From assembly GCA_973851085.1 (NCBI GenBank), contig OZ316775.1, positions 19,344,001 to 19,408,000 of the forward strand: DNA of 64,000 bases. Direction: 5' to 3'. A program made the position numbers and the translations under genes. The notes below the pieces were generated by a model that saw only the letters and a list, made by a program, of their open reading frames with translations, did not search any database and had not been told where the DNA came from. Positions 13,642 to 24,787 of this stretch are shown piece after piece. This DNA is from Ptychomitrium polyphyllum. Its lineage: Eukaryota. Within the stretch, counting starts at the first letter, position 1. Each line of letters opens with the position of its first letter.

Positions 13642-16600
13642 ATGGCGCAGTGCGTGGGGGGTTCTGTTTTGAGAGTCCGGATTGGAGCTTTGAAGTTGGG
13701 GAACCAGTTGCTGAGCAGGAATGGCCATGGCAGTTTGTGCGCGTTTGCTGTTCCGTTGAAGTTGAGGCTGCAGTCTTGCCCCAGAACGAGGTCGTTCTCT
13801 CCTATTGCTGCGCTTGAGACTTTGGTTCCTCTGATTGATGGGGTGAGTCGCTCGCATCGTAGTGCGCTTGAGTTTTACCGTCGTGGTGTTTGTGAATCGT
13901 GGATAATAGTTCTTGTTGGTAGAATTTTCTAGTTGTTGCTAGCCACACCCACAATTCAGTTATGGTTTTGATGAGTCTTCTAGGTGTAGTACCTCGGGCA
14001 GTACGATGATAGGGTTCAATTTCAGTGAATAGGTTTAGTTGTTTGAGTGAATGCCAACGGCTCTTCTTGATATTGGAAGTAGACAGCGTTCTAGGCAAGG
14101 AGCTATAGCTTCTACATTTGTATGATGCTAGCGTATATGCATTCAGTGTAGATGGTGACGAAGCTTCGGGAGAATTTTTAGCCGAATTAGCGCATTTAGA
14201 ACAAGGCAATGGGTCACTTGATCCGCGGTTTTTTTGTGCTTTCCCTTCTTAAGTGGCTTTTCTCCTTGCTGACTCTTAACGAAGGGATCTAGTTATGTAG
14301 CATCATGAATTTTCATCGTAACAATACTCTTGAGAAGAAGATTAGTACTCAAGTTTGGAGGGAAGAATGTTTAGTGGTTTCATGTTATGCTAATCACATT
14401 AGATATCAGGAGATATGTGATTTGACTTCTCACCACACAGGCTGCAATGGAATCTGGGAAGGAATGGCCGCAATTGTTAGCCTTGGTAGCGGATGGTGGT
14501 TCAGCAGATTGGCTGGGTAACACTCTGTTTACAGCAGGCCAGAATGCAAACTCCCTTGTTCAAGGCCAATTACAAGGCTCCTTGTCACCTGCCAGGTTTG
14601 CTTGCTGTCACGAGATCTAGAATATTGGTGGTAACATGTGAACTAATTCTGTAAATGGCCTAACATGCCTATTGTTTAGAAGGTATCTGACCTTGGTGTC
14701 CGGTTCCTAGGTCTTGTTAGATATATGAATTGTGGTGGGAGTCGGAGCTATAGGAAAACGAATAGCATTACATCATACGGCATCTGAAGTGCGACTTGAA
14801 GACTGGTATTATGAATGTACTTACAAATCCCATCTGCTCTTCACGGATGGTTGCATAAGAGCAAAGGTATATTACTGAAGTTCTACTGGATGGTTCGCAG
14901 CGTGGCAATTATATTTGGCGCAGGACTTGTAACAAGCCTATCTCCGTGTACGCTAAGTGTTCTGCCTCTCACACTTGGCTATATCGGTATGGTTTTTCCT
15001 TCACTTTTCGAACACCACATGGCTTAATGGTCATGCTAGATTGCTAATTTCTTTCCTACATTGATTTCTGAGCCTGTTCTTTTATACTGTCAGTTATGAA
15101 AATTATGTTGGGGTTTTGGTGCTGGAGAAGCATCTTACAGTCCTTCCATGTCGTTGTAATGCAGGTGCTTCTGGAGGAGGGAAAAACCGCACGCAGGTGA
15201 GTAACAAATTCATTTCATTATCAAGATGATTGATTACCGTCTAGCACTAACTCTTTGGAACTAATCACCGCGTTTTGCTGTGTCTTGTTTGGTAAAGAGG
15301 GATCTCTCAGATTATCACATCACAAGCATTGGATGACAACGTAGTTATAAATGTCGTTATGTTTGAGCATTCAGATTCATCATTTGCATGCGGTTCTAAT
15401 GAACAACTCGTGAACAATAGCGCTTTCTCTGATGTTGTTGCAGCATAGTAGCATTCTCTAAGTGGGTTGTCTTGTTAGTTCTTTGTCTTGGTATGCATTT
15501 TGTCCGTAATTCAAAATCTCATGTAATGCTCGGGTATGAATGGCAGTTGTTTGTCGATTCATTGGCTTTCTCCTTGGGGCTGGCAACCACACTTGCAGTG
15601 CTGGGTATAGGAGCATCCCTAGCAGGAAAAGCTTATGGTCAAATCGGGCAGGGGATTCCGATTGCTGTATCGGTCGTAGCAATGATTATGGGCTTGAATC
15701 TTCTGGAGGTGAGGTTCCTAGCTTGTAAGAGGAAACCGAGCTTGCCTTGTATAGTCTGTTTTATTGTATGTTCTGAGTTAGTTATTTTTCAGTTGCTTTT
15801 CGGGAATGTATCTCTTGAAAGTCACTGCTGGTGGCAGGTTGAAATTGGCTGGGGACTCGTAGAAACCTTGTCTTTTTGTGTACCCTCGAGTTTTCTTGAC
15901 GTTAGTATTAACGGAAGCTGATGTTACTTTTGGCAGATCATTGAGCTTCAGTTTCCGTCCTTTTTTGGAAACTTTGACGCACGGAAAGCTGCAGCTACTC
16001 TTCCTCCAAGTGGGTTGCTGTCTTTCCCTAGATCAATTTAATTTCAATACCAAGATGTTGGTGACATAAACTGTCTATTGTGCCACTGCTAAAAAACAAT
16101 TAAGATTTTGCTATATTTTTGTAGGAAATTAAGTTCAGATATAGGCCTATCTTGGGGTAGCGAGCTCGAGAATAATTTATTGAGAAATTCTAATGAAACG
16201 TCTGGGTGCAGGTGTTCAAGCATACTTGGCAGGTCTTACTTTTGCGTTGGCAGCTTCTCCTTGCAGCACACCGGTCCTCGCTTCCCTACTTGCCTATGTG
16301 GCCTCATCTCAGGTCTAAATTTCTCAGTCTGCATTTGATTTTCTTTTTGATGAGTTGCAGAGGTATTCAACTGTAAAGTACTGTGCATGATGAAAGACTC
16401 TGCTAAGTTTGCCCAGTAATAGTGACATTGCTTCAGAGTATTTTGCAAACTCCACACCATGTCTGGTCTGCATTTCAATGAATGGTGGTTGTGAAGAAAC
16501 TAAGTAGATCATATTATGTACCAGGATCCCTTGGTCGGAGGTAGCCTACTCTTGGCTTACACAACTGGCTACGTAGCCCCTCTGCTAGTGGCGGCATCAT

Positions 16601-17400
16601 TTGCTGGCGCGCTTCAGGTATACTGGAAGATTTAAAACTAACCTTTCTAACTTGCCAGTGATGACAATCTTGGGAATATTATCCTTAGAAAATAAACCCA
16701 ATCACTACGAGAGTCAGTTGTGGATCTTTTAAATTGCAGAGTGGATCTAGGTTGTCAGAATGTAAGCACTCGCTAAGTGTGCTGTGCTAATTTAGGCTAA
16801 ACTTGTACGCAGGTTTTGATAACTAAATAAGTAGGCTATCACAACAAGATAATAAAAAGTTGTCAAAGAAAACTTTGAGGTTTCAAATGTACCGGAATTT
16901 ACTCTTTTGGGTGGAAGAGCGTGACGATATTCTTCCGCCACTTGCTGCTTTTGCGCATCTTGACTATTTCTGGTGGGAATGCAGCAACTCATGTCAATGC
17001 GCAAATATTCTGCATGGATTAATCCGACCAGGTACCATTCATATTCTAACTTCTTTGGCATTAGTGGAATGCCAGCCGTCTGGGTTTTGTAACACTAAAT
17101 GCGTTCTATTCGGTCGAACACGTGCCGCTATGTGTCCTATGCTAATGGCTCCACTACAATGATGCTCCCCAAGCCTCAGTATGCATTTCAAAATTTGTTT
17201 GCTTAAAAGCTTCACAACGTTTTCAGTGAAACTTTTACATTCCAAGTTCATGATGAGCTGTCTAAATTCCGGTGGATTTACATGATTGCTAACACAAATA
17301 GAGGTTTGTTGGATGCAGCGGAGCCTTGTTGCTAGGAGGAGGATTGTACTCTTTTCTGACTCGCACATTCCCGGAATCATCAATGACTATGATGATGTAG
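13642..17400 (+). CDS. CCDA: Cytochrome c-type biogenesis protein CcdA, chloroplastic (exons ~13642-13842, 14441-14595, 14901-14987, 15165-15196, 15547-15708, 15938-16010, 16212-16312, 16526-16617, 16985-17031, 17319-17400)
   Basis: [77 protein letters not shown]; transit-peptide-like first exon; stop TAG at 17398-17400. Confidence 0.95.
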
Positions 17401-19365
17401 CTATGTCCTTGCACGCATTAGATAAGATGGGGATCAATTTCTTTTAAGCGCTGCACATACTTTAGATCACTCAGTCTTCTGGTTGGACGTAAAAATCTGT
17501 TGACACATTTATTCCCGACTGCTGGAGGTTCCTCAGGTTAACAGTTTAAGGAACGGCTTTACTGTGGGAATCCGTAAACTAGGAGCTCTTTGAAGAAGGG
17601 CACACAAATACCACTTCAATATAAGACATCCTCGTCCATTCTCAGGTTGAGTGACAATGGTAGCAATGTAACACACGAAAACGAGTGAGTAGGCGAAGAA
17701 AGGATTCCGTGGTTGTAGCCAGTCATCTATCCCATAAAGGATGCGTATAGCTGGGCCAATTATAATACCGATCAATATACTGCCCAGCATCTATCATTGC
17801 GACCCATACTGTTTCAAAAGCTAGCATAATTGCATATGTTAGATTTTGAGATACAAACCAGCACATCCTTCTGAAGGGGGGTTTCCATAAACCCACACAC
17901 TTTACCCAAACTTCCCACGCTACTCAGCTTAGGCCCGAGGACATGTTTCCATGATGGAACAGTCCCACAGAATAAAATCAGCATCATCTGTTTCCAGCAC
18001 TACATATGCACTCTGCTAAGTCTAACGCATGATAAGAACGCTCTGGTCCTCCTGCACCTCCCCCTCGCACCTCCTTCCCCTCTACACTCCGAGCGCTTTC
18101 GTACACTGAAATCACATAACAACATCTTCAGTTGCCAAAGCACTAGACAATCCAGAAAAATACGTCGAAACAAACTCCCGTTGCCGCTCCGAGACCAGTT
18201 CCTCAGCGTCCAACAAACGAACGAGCGAACGCAGATCGTACATACAGAACCGGACTTGCTCAACGGACAGTCAGATGCATCCCGTCTGTAGATGCCACGT
18301 TCCCAAATGCGTTCGCTCTACAGAATTCGCACGCCCAAGTGTAGACGTTCCATGATTGTAACCGGTCTGTGGATGTCCACGAGGAAGGCAACCTGAACAC
18401 CCTGCTCAGGGTAGCATTTAGGACACACATCTCGCTCCCAGCGCTGTCTCAAGCCTCCCACCGAATGCGGCTCCCAGTCCCCGAAAGACAGGTCAAAGCA
18501 AACGCTGCAGGCCATGCCCACCGGAAACCGTCCTCGCACCCAAAACCGACGATATCTACCCGCACACCCTCCTCTTCGTACACTCCACATGCCACATCCA
18601 GCAGCGAACGTCAAATCTGTCTGCAGCGCGGTGACGGTTTGTCGCCGTAGCCCAAAGCCGTCGTTATCCTCGACGGGCCTGGCGTACGCCTGCGCGAGTG
18701 GGGGATGCCGGGTTTGGGGGGGGGGGGAGGTGGAGTTGGGGACCAGGCTTATCCAGAGGCAGCGGCAGCACGCCAATCAGGCAGCGTGGTGGTCTCCTCC
18801 CCAAGCTCGCGCCCTGGGTCTCCCACCCAATGCCCACCATACTTGTAATCTCCTCGCACTCCCGCTCCGCCCCACCCCCAAGCGCACCCCGCCTCTCCCC
18901 CGACGTCGCCCTGCCGCTCGCCTGCTCCCTCAATGTAAGTGCCTGCACTCTCCCTCGCAGCTTCTTGCCTGCCCGCACACCTGCACTTCTGCGTAGGGGG
19001 CCCCGTCGCGGTAATGTCGGTGGTGGCTTCGTCCCTGTGTCCTCTGCATGTAATGAGCTGAATCTCGGTCTGGCGCCCGGAGGATCTGGGATGCGCTAGA
19101 GATTGGGCGACGTTGATAGTTGCGATCGCACTAGATTGGTTGTGGCTGTGGATTGTCATCGAGCATCGTGCATGCGACGGTCCAGCGGAGGGCCCTTCGT
19201 TGGGTCATCCTTCCGGACAGGCTATCACTTTGTGGATTGAGGGAGTGGACGTGGAATCCAGTCCTTTCTTCTGTGTAGCTGCGGTAGGGTCGATCATGGA
19301 GTGCTGCAGCAGGCATTGGTGGATTGTGATGGCGTGTGCTGTTGTTGCTGGATGCAGTCGTCGAC

Positions 19366-20347
19366 ATGGCCGCAACCATGGTGTCTATGGCTACCCCCGT
19401 CGTTGCAGGGCTTAGGGGTTCGTCCCTCCCCACCAGGAGGGCCTCCTCCAAGGTGGACTTGACCTCAGGTAACGCCCTCGTGTCATGCCGTATTTGCATC
19501 GAATTGGTCGGGGCGAGTCACTGCTTAGTCCCACATTGAGGGTCACTTTGCTGCCGAATTCCTACTGAATTGATTCTATGGTCACAGAACGAAAGCTGTG
19601 TAAGCCTGCATGTGTCCCACGTGTTTGACATGGTTATGCTTGGTCGCAGCCTTCGTGGGTGGGAAGGTCCAAACCGAACGCCCAGTCTCCATGTCCCGGG
19701 TCACCTGGTACGTTCTCAACCATCTACTCTACATCCTTTGAGATAAAGAGAAGCTCAGTGGCATCGGATTCTCGTTAGTTTTCTGTTATCTCGTCCTTTG
19801 CCAACTGAGATTTCGAGCTCCGGTATTGGAGGGTGGGATTTGATGAGGGTGGTTGGTGGAGCTCCGCTTCACTGGGTAAACTAAAATGCTGAAGAGCCGA
19901 ATGTTGTTTTTGTTTTCGTGATACAGCTTCCAGAGGAACTGGTTGAGGAAGGACCTGTCTGTTGTGGGGTTCGGCCTCATCGGCTGGCTCGCACCATCAA
20001 GCTTGCCGGTCATCAACGGCAACAGCCTCACCGGCCTGTTCTTGGGCAGCATTGGTCCCGAGCTGGCTCATTTCCCCACCGGCCCTGCTCTCACATCTCC
20101 ATTCTGGTACCTGGCAGGCATTTCTGTAGAGCAGGCCGGTTAGAATAAGTTTCCATGTTTTATCTGTGCTTTCAACCTGTTGGTAGCAGTTCCATGTTAG
20201 TGTTTTCTGATGATTTGCTAGCTGTGACTGAAGTGGCCCGTATCTCTGCCCTGCAGGCTGTGGATGATCACCTGGCACGTGGGCCTGTTCATCGTGCTCA
20301 CTCTGGGCCAGATCGGATTCAAGGGACGCCAGGACGGTTACTGGTGA
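19366..20347 (+). CDS. PSAO: Photosystem I subunit O, copy 1 (exons 19366-19468, 19650-19707, 19927-20106, 20257-20347)
   Basis: Transit peptide MAATMVSMATPVVAGLRGSS; FQRNWLRKDLSVVGFGLIGWLAPSSLPVINGNSLTGLFLGSIGPELAHFPTGPALTSPFW|LWMITWHVGLFIVLTLGQIGFKGRQDGYW*. Confidence 0.95.
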
Positions 20348-22146
20348 GGTTTCACTGAAGAATATCTCGGCTCTTTTGTGTTGGTTTGAGTTGATATCAT
20401 TCTGTGTTACATTTCGGAATTGCTCACGTGAGGTGCCTTTCTCACTGTGCAGGTCGTAAGCGCACCAGAGGATTCGAACCCAGGAAGGTGCCAAGTGTAA
20501 TGGATATTTCATTAACAAAATGTATTTTGTTGTATAAATGATCAATTTTCTTGCGCTGAGCTACTTCCCGTCTTGAGGATTCTGTTACCACCTTCACTTG
20601 CACAACCTTGGTCGAAAATGGATGGCCTCGGTCAAGTTCCAAAACTCCAAGATAACCGCATTTCTGTTGGACCTTCAGTGATCGTGTTGGCTGGATTTAT
20701 TCTGACTGTGTCGTGTCCTTTGGGAACTGAGTGAGGAGCCCTTTTGGTAGTATTCTTTGCACTTATGCATTGGTTCTCCGTTTTCATTTATTAGAAACAA
20801 GGTACGGACTTATCCTATTATACTGTACGCCATTTTTACAGTAAGCGCATCAAATTGGTAATTTTCACCCTCCTGTGTTATTGCCCTGGGAAAGCCCGCC
20901 GTCAGAGTAGCGGAATTGCGAAGTCTAAGTGAGGTAATGTACAGAAACACGAGAGGGATTGCAATCCTACTGTGTGTAAAGCGAAAGTTGCTTTTGGGGC
21001 TGTGCACATCGTACTAGATGGTGTATTGCATGGGATACAATATGGCATGAAGGAGTTGCAAAGAGATGAGGTGGTAGCATGCACCCTCTACATGCTGTGG
21101 TGCACCCATGCAACACACTACCTAGCAGAGTGGACAACAAATGTCATTTAAAGGAGAATTTGACCATGAGAAACATGTAGAAAGGCACGCGTATGAAATT
21201 TTTGTGAGACTTGACTCCGGAGACTGTATGACGAGCCCCACATTTGTGAATGCCAGCGGTGGAGGGTTGGTGTGCTTTGTTTGAACGTCGAAAAGGAACC
21301 AAAGACTTAAAGCCCTGCCTCGTATTTGTATGCAATCCACAGGAACGTAAGGTGTGGAATGAACTCCTTCGCTTGTCTGGCATAGTTTGGTTAAAGAAGA
21401 TCTCGGTGCAGCTGATCATGGACCGCGACACAAAACAATGCAGAGTGATTCTTGCGGCTCAGTACAGCAAAGGCTGCAAAGAACAGAATAAGATGAAATT
21501 AATCACTCGGGGACTGAGAAATGGACGAGAGAGAGTAGATGGCAATGATTCGCCTGAATCTCAGACCAGCATGAGATGTTGCCAAAATGTTGTTGTGATT
21601 TACACATCCCTCTCAGTCGGTAGTGACCCAATCATTCCCAGCAAACAGTCTAAACGAATTCTAGAACTGAACTCAGGAGTTGACATGACTTCGAAGCATG
21701 AGTCGACGACCAGAGTTTCCCTAAACGAACCCATTTTGTTGGGAACTCTCCAACCCGACTTGAAGTCACAGAGAAACGAGCATGACTGCCACGAGGTGTC
21801 GTCCAAGTTTGTATCAGCCCCATTACGAGAACGTCAACTTCCGCAGCCACAGTCATGATGTTGGGAAGGTATGTGGTGCACTTAACCCCGAACCCTGAAA
21901 TGCAGATCCAGGCTTCATTGAATCTCTCAATGCCTCTTTTACGCACACCATCTCTGCACTGAACCTGCAGACTCAGCGGATCACCACGACTCACATGAGC
22001 AGCGTGGACTACCAACCCTGCCCCTAAACCTGATTGAAGTCCAGTGCAGAGAGGGAGTTGAGAACGTGAGCTTCCGGATCAAGCTACAACATGATAGAGT
22101 GGGGTATACCGTTCACGCAGACTCCCGAAAGCTGTCTCTGGCGACA

Positions 22147-22306
22147 GGCGTGGTCGACACGCCAACCGTGGCCCTATAAAAGAGCGCATCAGCCTCCATT
22201 CGCCTTCACTCCGCCTGGACAACGATCCAGGCGAGCGGGAGCTGGGCCCCTAGCCCAGCAGAGAGAAACCAAACTGAAGGGGGCAGGACGGCCCTGTCAA
22301 ATTTTC
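22147..22306 (+). other. TATA-associated multi-hairpin element (mirror copy 25340-25499; diverged inverted homolog 23278-23415)
   Basis: TATAAA at 22175; stems CGCCTGGA/TCCAGGCG, GCTGGGC/GCCCAGC, GGCAGG/CCTGTC, plus GGCGTG/CACGCC upstream of the TATA. Confidence 0.45.
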
Positions 22307-22961
22307 TTCAGGTGTCTAGATGGAAACTTTGCAATGGATGCTGTGAAATTCCGCATCGCAAACCGCCTCATCTGGAATGCCATGCTCATGGATCCTCGAT
22401 TAGAAAGGGGCGCAACGCGCAGCAGTTGCAAACATCGTCCGTTGATAACAGTCAGGCAACGACATTGTCAAGACGAGTGTCACGATGCATGGGTGTTTTA
22501 CAGATAGACCAAATGGTCAAACGGTTTTTTGTGGGTTCGTAAGTAGTCATTCTTATGCCTCCGATGATGAGCACTGGTTCCCGTCTTCAATCTAAGCGGA
22601 CTGCGAGGTCGGATGATTTGCTAAACTATCACGAGGCAAAGCTTGGCTCGACCCTCGTATAACGACTAAGTTAGGTTCCAAGCCTCCTGGGTGAGTGGTC
22701 TTGTACTCGAAGCCTTCACTCTTGGCACTCCTAGGAGATCGATGGCTCAAACGGAAAGAAACGTGAACAGAGAAGTTTTCTATTGCAGACCAAAGGAGTC
22801 TCGTATGAGAGTACAAATATTGGTTCCCGAAATGCATTGGGGAGTCCGACAGTGCCTCCACGCGACACCCAAGTCCCGGTGAACAAACTTGGCGCCAGAC
22901 CAGGCTTGGGCGAGGTCCGTGACGAGCAGTTTTACATTCGAGGATCAGATTAAGAAACTTC

Positions 22962-24787
22962 CTCTATTCCAATCTCTCCGACCGCTATCACGCCGCGTGC
23001 TGCTGTCTTTATTAGTTTTTACAGTAGTTTAATTTACTTTCGGGGTATTGTTTTTGTGAACGCACCATTTGATTTTGCAGTTCTTATCTGCCGATGATGC
23101 ATTGTTTACTGATGTGATTATATTGTTTGAATATCTTCAAGCGTTGCTTGGGTCCTATTTGCATTGATTCGTACCGGTCGACTTCTGAAGCCAGAATTAT
23201 GGCTTTTCAGAAAGAATTCGCAACCCAAATTTTAATGCAGTTTCCAGTTTCGCAGTTTATGGTTTTAATCTGATGGGAATTTGGCAGGGGCCGTCCTGCA
23301 GCCCCGCGGTTTGCTTTATTTGCAGGGAGGAGAGGTGCTCGGCCAGGGACCTAGCTCACGTCCGCCTGGATTGCTGTCCACGCGGGATAAAGACGAAAGG
23401 GAGTGCTGTGCCCTTGCCTTGACGAAAGGGGAGTTTTCTGACTTACTGAACAGTCTATCTGCTGAAAATTTTCAGGTCTTCTGCGCAAGTTGAGAACGCC
23501 CCACTCAGTCATGAAGATAAATCGCCTCAAGGTTAACAGCTGGCTGTCTAAGCTCCTTCTCTCCACCAGACTGCCAAAGCGTAAAGACTAAGAAAAATCC
23601 GGACTTCTCACATATGTCAATGACTTGATAATACAAAATTGACCCCTTCATCCGCGCAAGTTACGACCACAAGTAATCAGCAGCACGCGGCGTGATAGCG
23701 GTCGGAGAGATTGGAATAGAGGAAGTTTCTTAATCTGATCCTCGAATGTAAAACTGCTCGTCACGGACCTCGCCCAAGCCTGGTCTGGCGCCAAGTTTGT
23801 TCACCGGGACTTGGGTGTCGCGTGNNNNNNNNNNNNNNNNNNNNNNNNNNNNNNNNNNNNNNNNNNNNNNNNNNNNNNNNNNNNNNNNNNNNNNNNNNNN
23901 NNNNNNNNNNNNNNNNNNNNNNNNCTCTATTCCAATCTCTCCGACCGCTATCACGCCGCGTGCTGCTGTCTTTATTAGTTTTTACAGTAGTTTAATTTAC
24001 TTTGGGGTATTGTTTTTGTGAACGCACCATTTGATTTTGCAGTTCTTATCTGCCGATGATGCATTGTTTACTGATGTGATTATATTGTTTGAATATCTTC
24101 AAGCGTTGCTTGGGTCCTATTTGCATTGATTCGTACCGGTCGACTTCTGAAGCCAGAATTATGGCTTTTCAGAAAGAATTCGCAACCCAAATTTTAATGC
24201 AGTTTCCAGTTTCGCAGTTTATGGTTTTAATCTGATGGGAATTTGGCAGGGGCCGTCCTGCAGCCCCGCGGTTTGCTTTATTTGCAGGGAGGAGAGGTGC
24301 TCGGCCAGGGACCTAGCTCACGTCCGCCTGGATTGCTGTCCACGCGGGATAAAGACGAAAGGGGAGTGCTGTGCCCTTGCCTTGACGAAAGGGGAGTTTT
24401 CTGACTTACTGAACAGTCTATCTGCTGAAAATTTTCAGGTCTTCTGCGCAAGTTGAGAACGCCCCACTCAGTCATGAAGATAAATCGCCTCAAGGTTAAC
24501 AGCTGGCTGTCTAAGCTCCTTCTCTCCACCAGACTGCCAAAGCGTAAAGACTAAGAAAAATCCGGACTTCTCACATATGTCAATGACTTGATAATACAAA
24601 ATTGACCCCTTCATCCGCGCAAGTTACGACCACAAGTAATCAGCAGCACGCGGCGTGATAGCGGTCGGAGAGATTGGAATAGAGGAAGTTTCTTAATCTG
24701 ATCCTCGAATGTAAAACTGCTCGTCACGGACCTCGCCCAAGCCTGGTCTGGCGCCAAGTTTGTTCACCGGGACTTGGGTGTCGCGTG
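22962..24787. repeat. 863-bp direct duplication flanking a 100-N gap (22962-23824 = 23925-24787), probably an unmerged contig overlap
   Basis: Offset 963; copies abut the gap at 23825-23924 and differ only by two 1-bp indels at or next to G runs. Confidence 0.85.

Larger units (their letters stand above)
18182..23005 (+). repeat. Left arm of 4824-bp inverted duplication
   Basis: Every ORF in this interval has an identical mirror ORF with coordinate sum 47646; boundaries read at tgccgctcc (18182) and gtgctgctg (23005). Confidence 0.95.

Noticed and set aside
18514..19500. Many overlapping 100-160 aa ORFs upstream of PsaO
   Set aside because: Expected in GC-rich promoter/UTR DNA; low-complexity peptides without motifs.
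21250..21858. 202-aa ORF and its mirror at 25788-26396
   Set aside because: No recognisable domain; duplication is explained by the palindrome.
21880..22035. Telomere-like motifs (aaccccgaaccctg, cccctaaacc) as a telomerase RNA template
   Set aside because: No USE/TATA Pol III promoter at the right spacing and no recognisable conserved TR blocks; such short motifs are common.
22562..22640. ATGATGA C-box as a C/D snoRNA
   Set aside because: No matching D box (CTGA) or terminal stem at a suitable distance.
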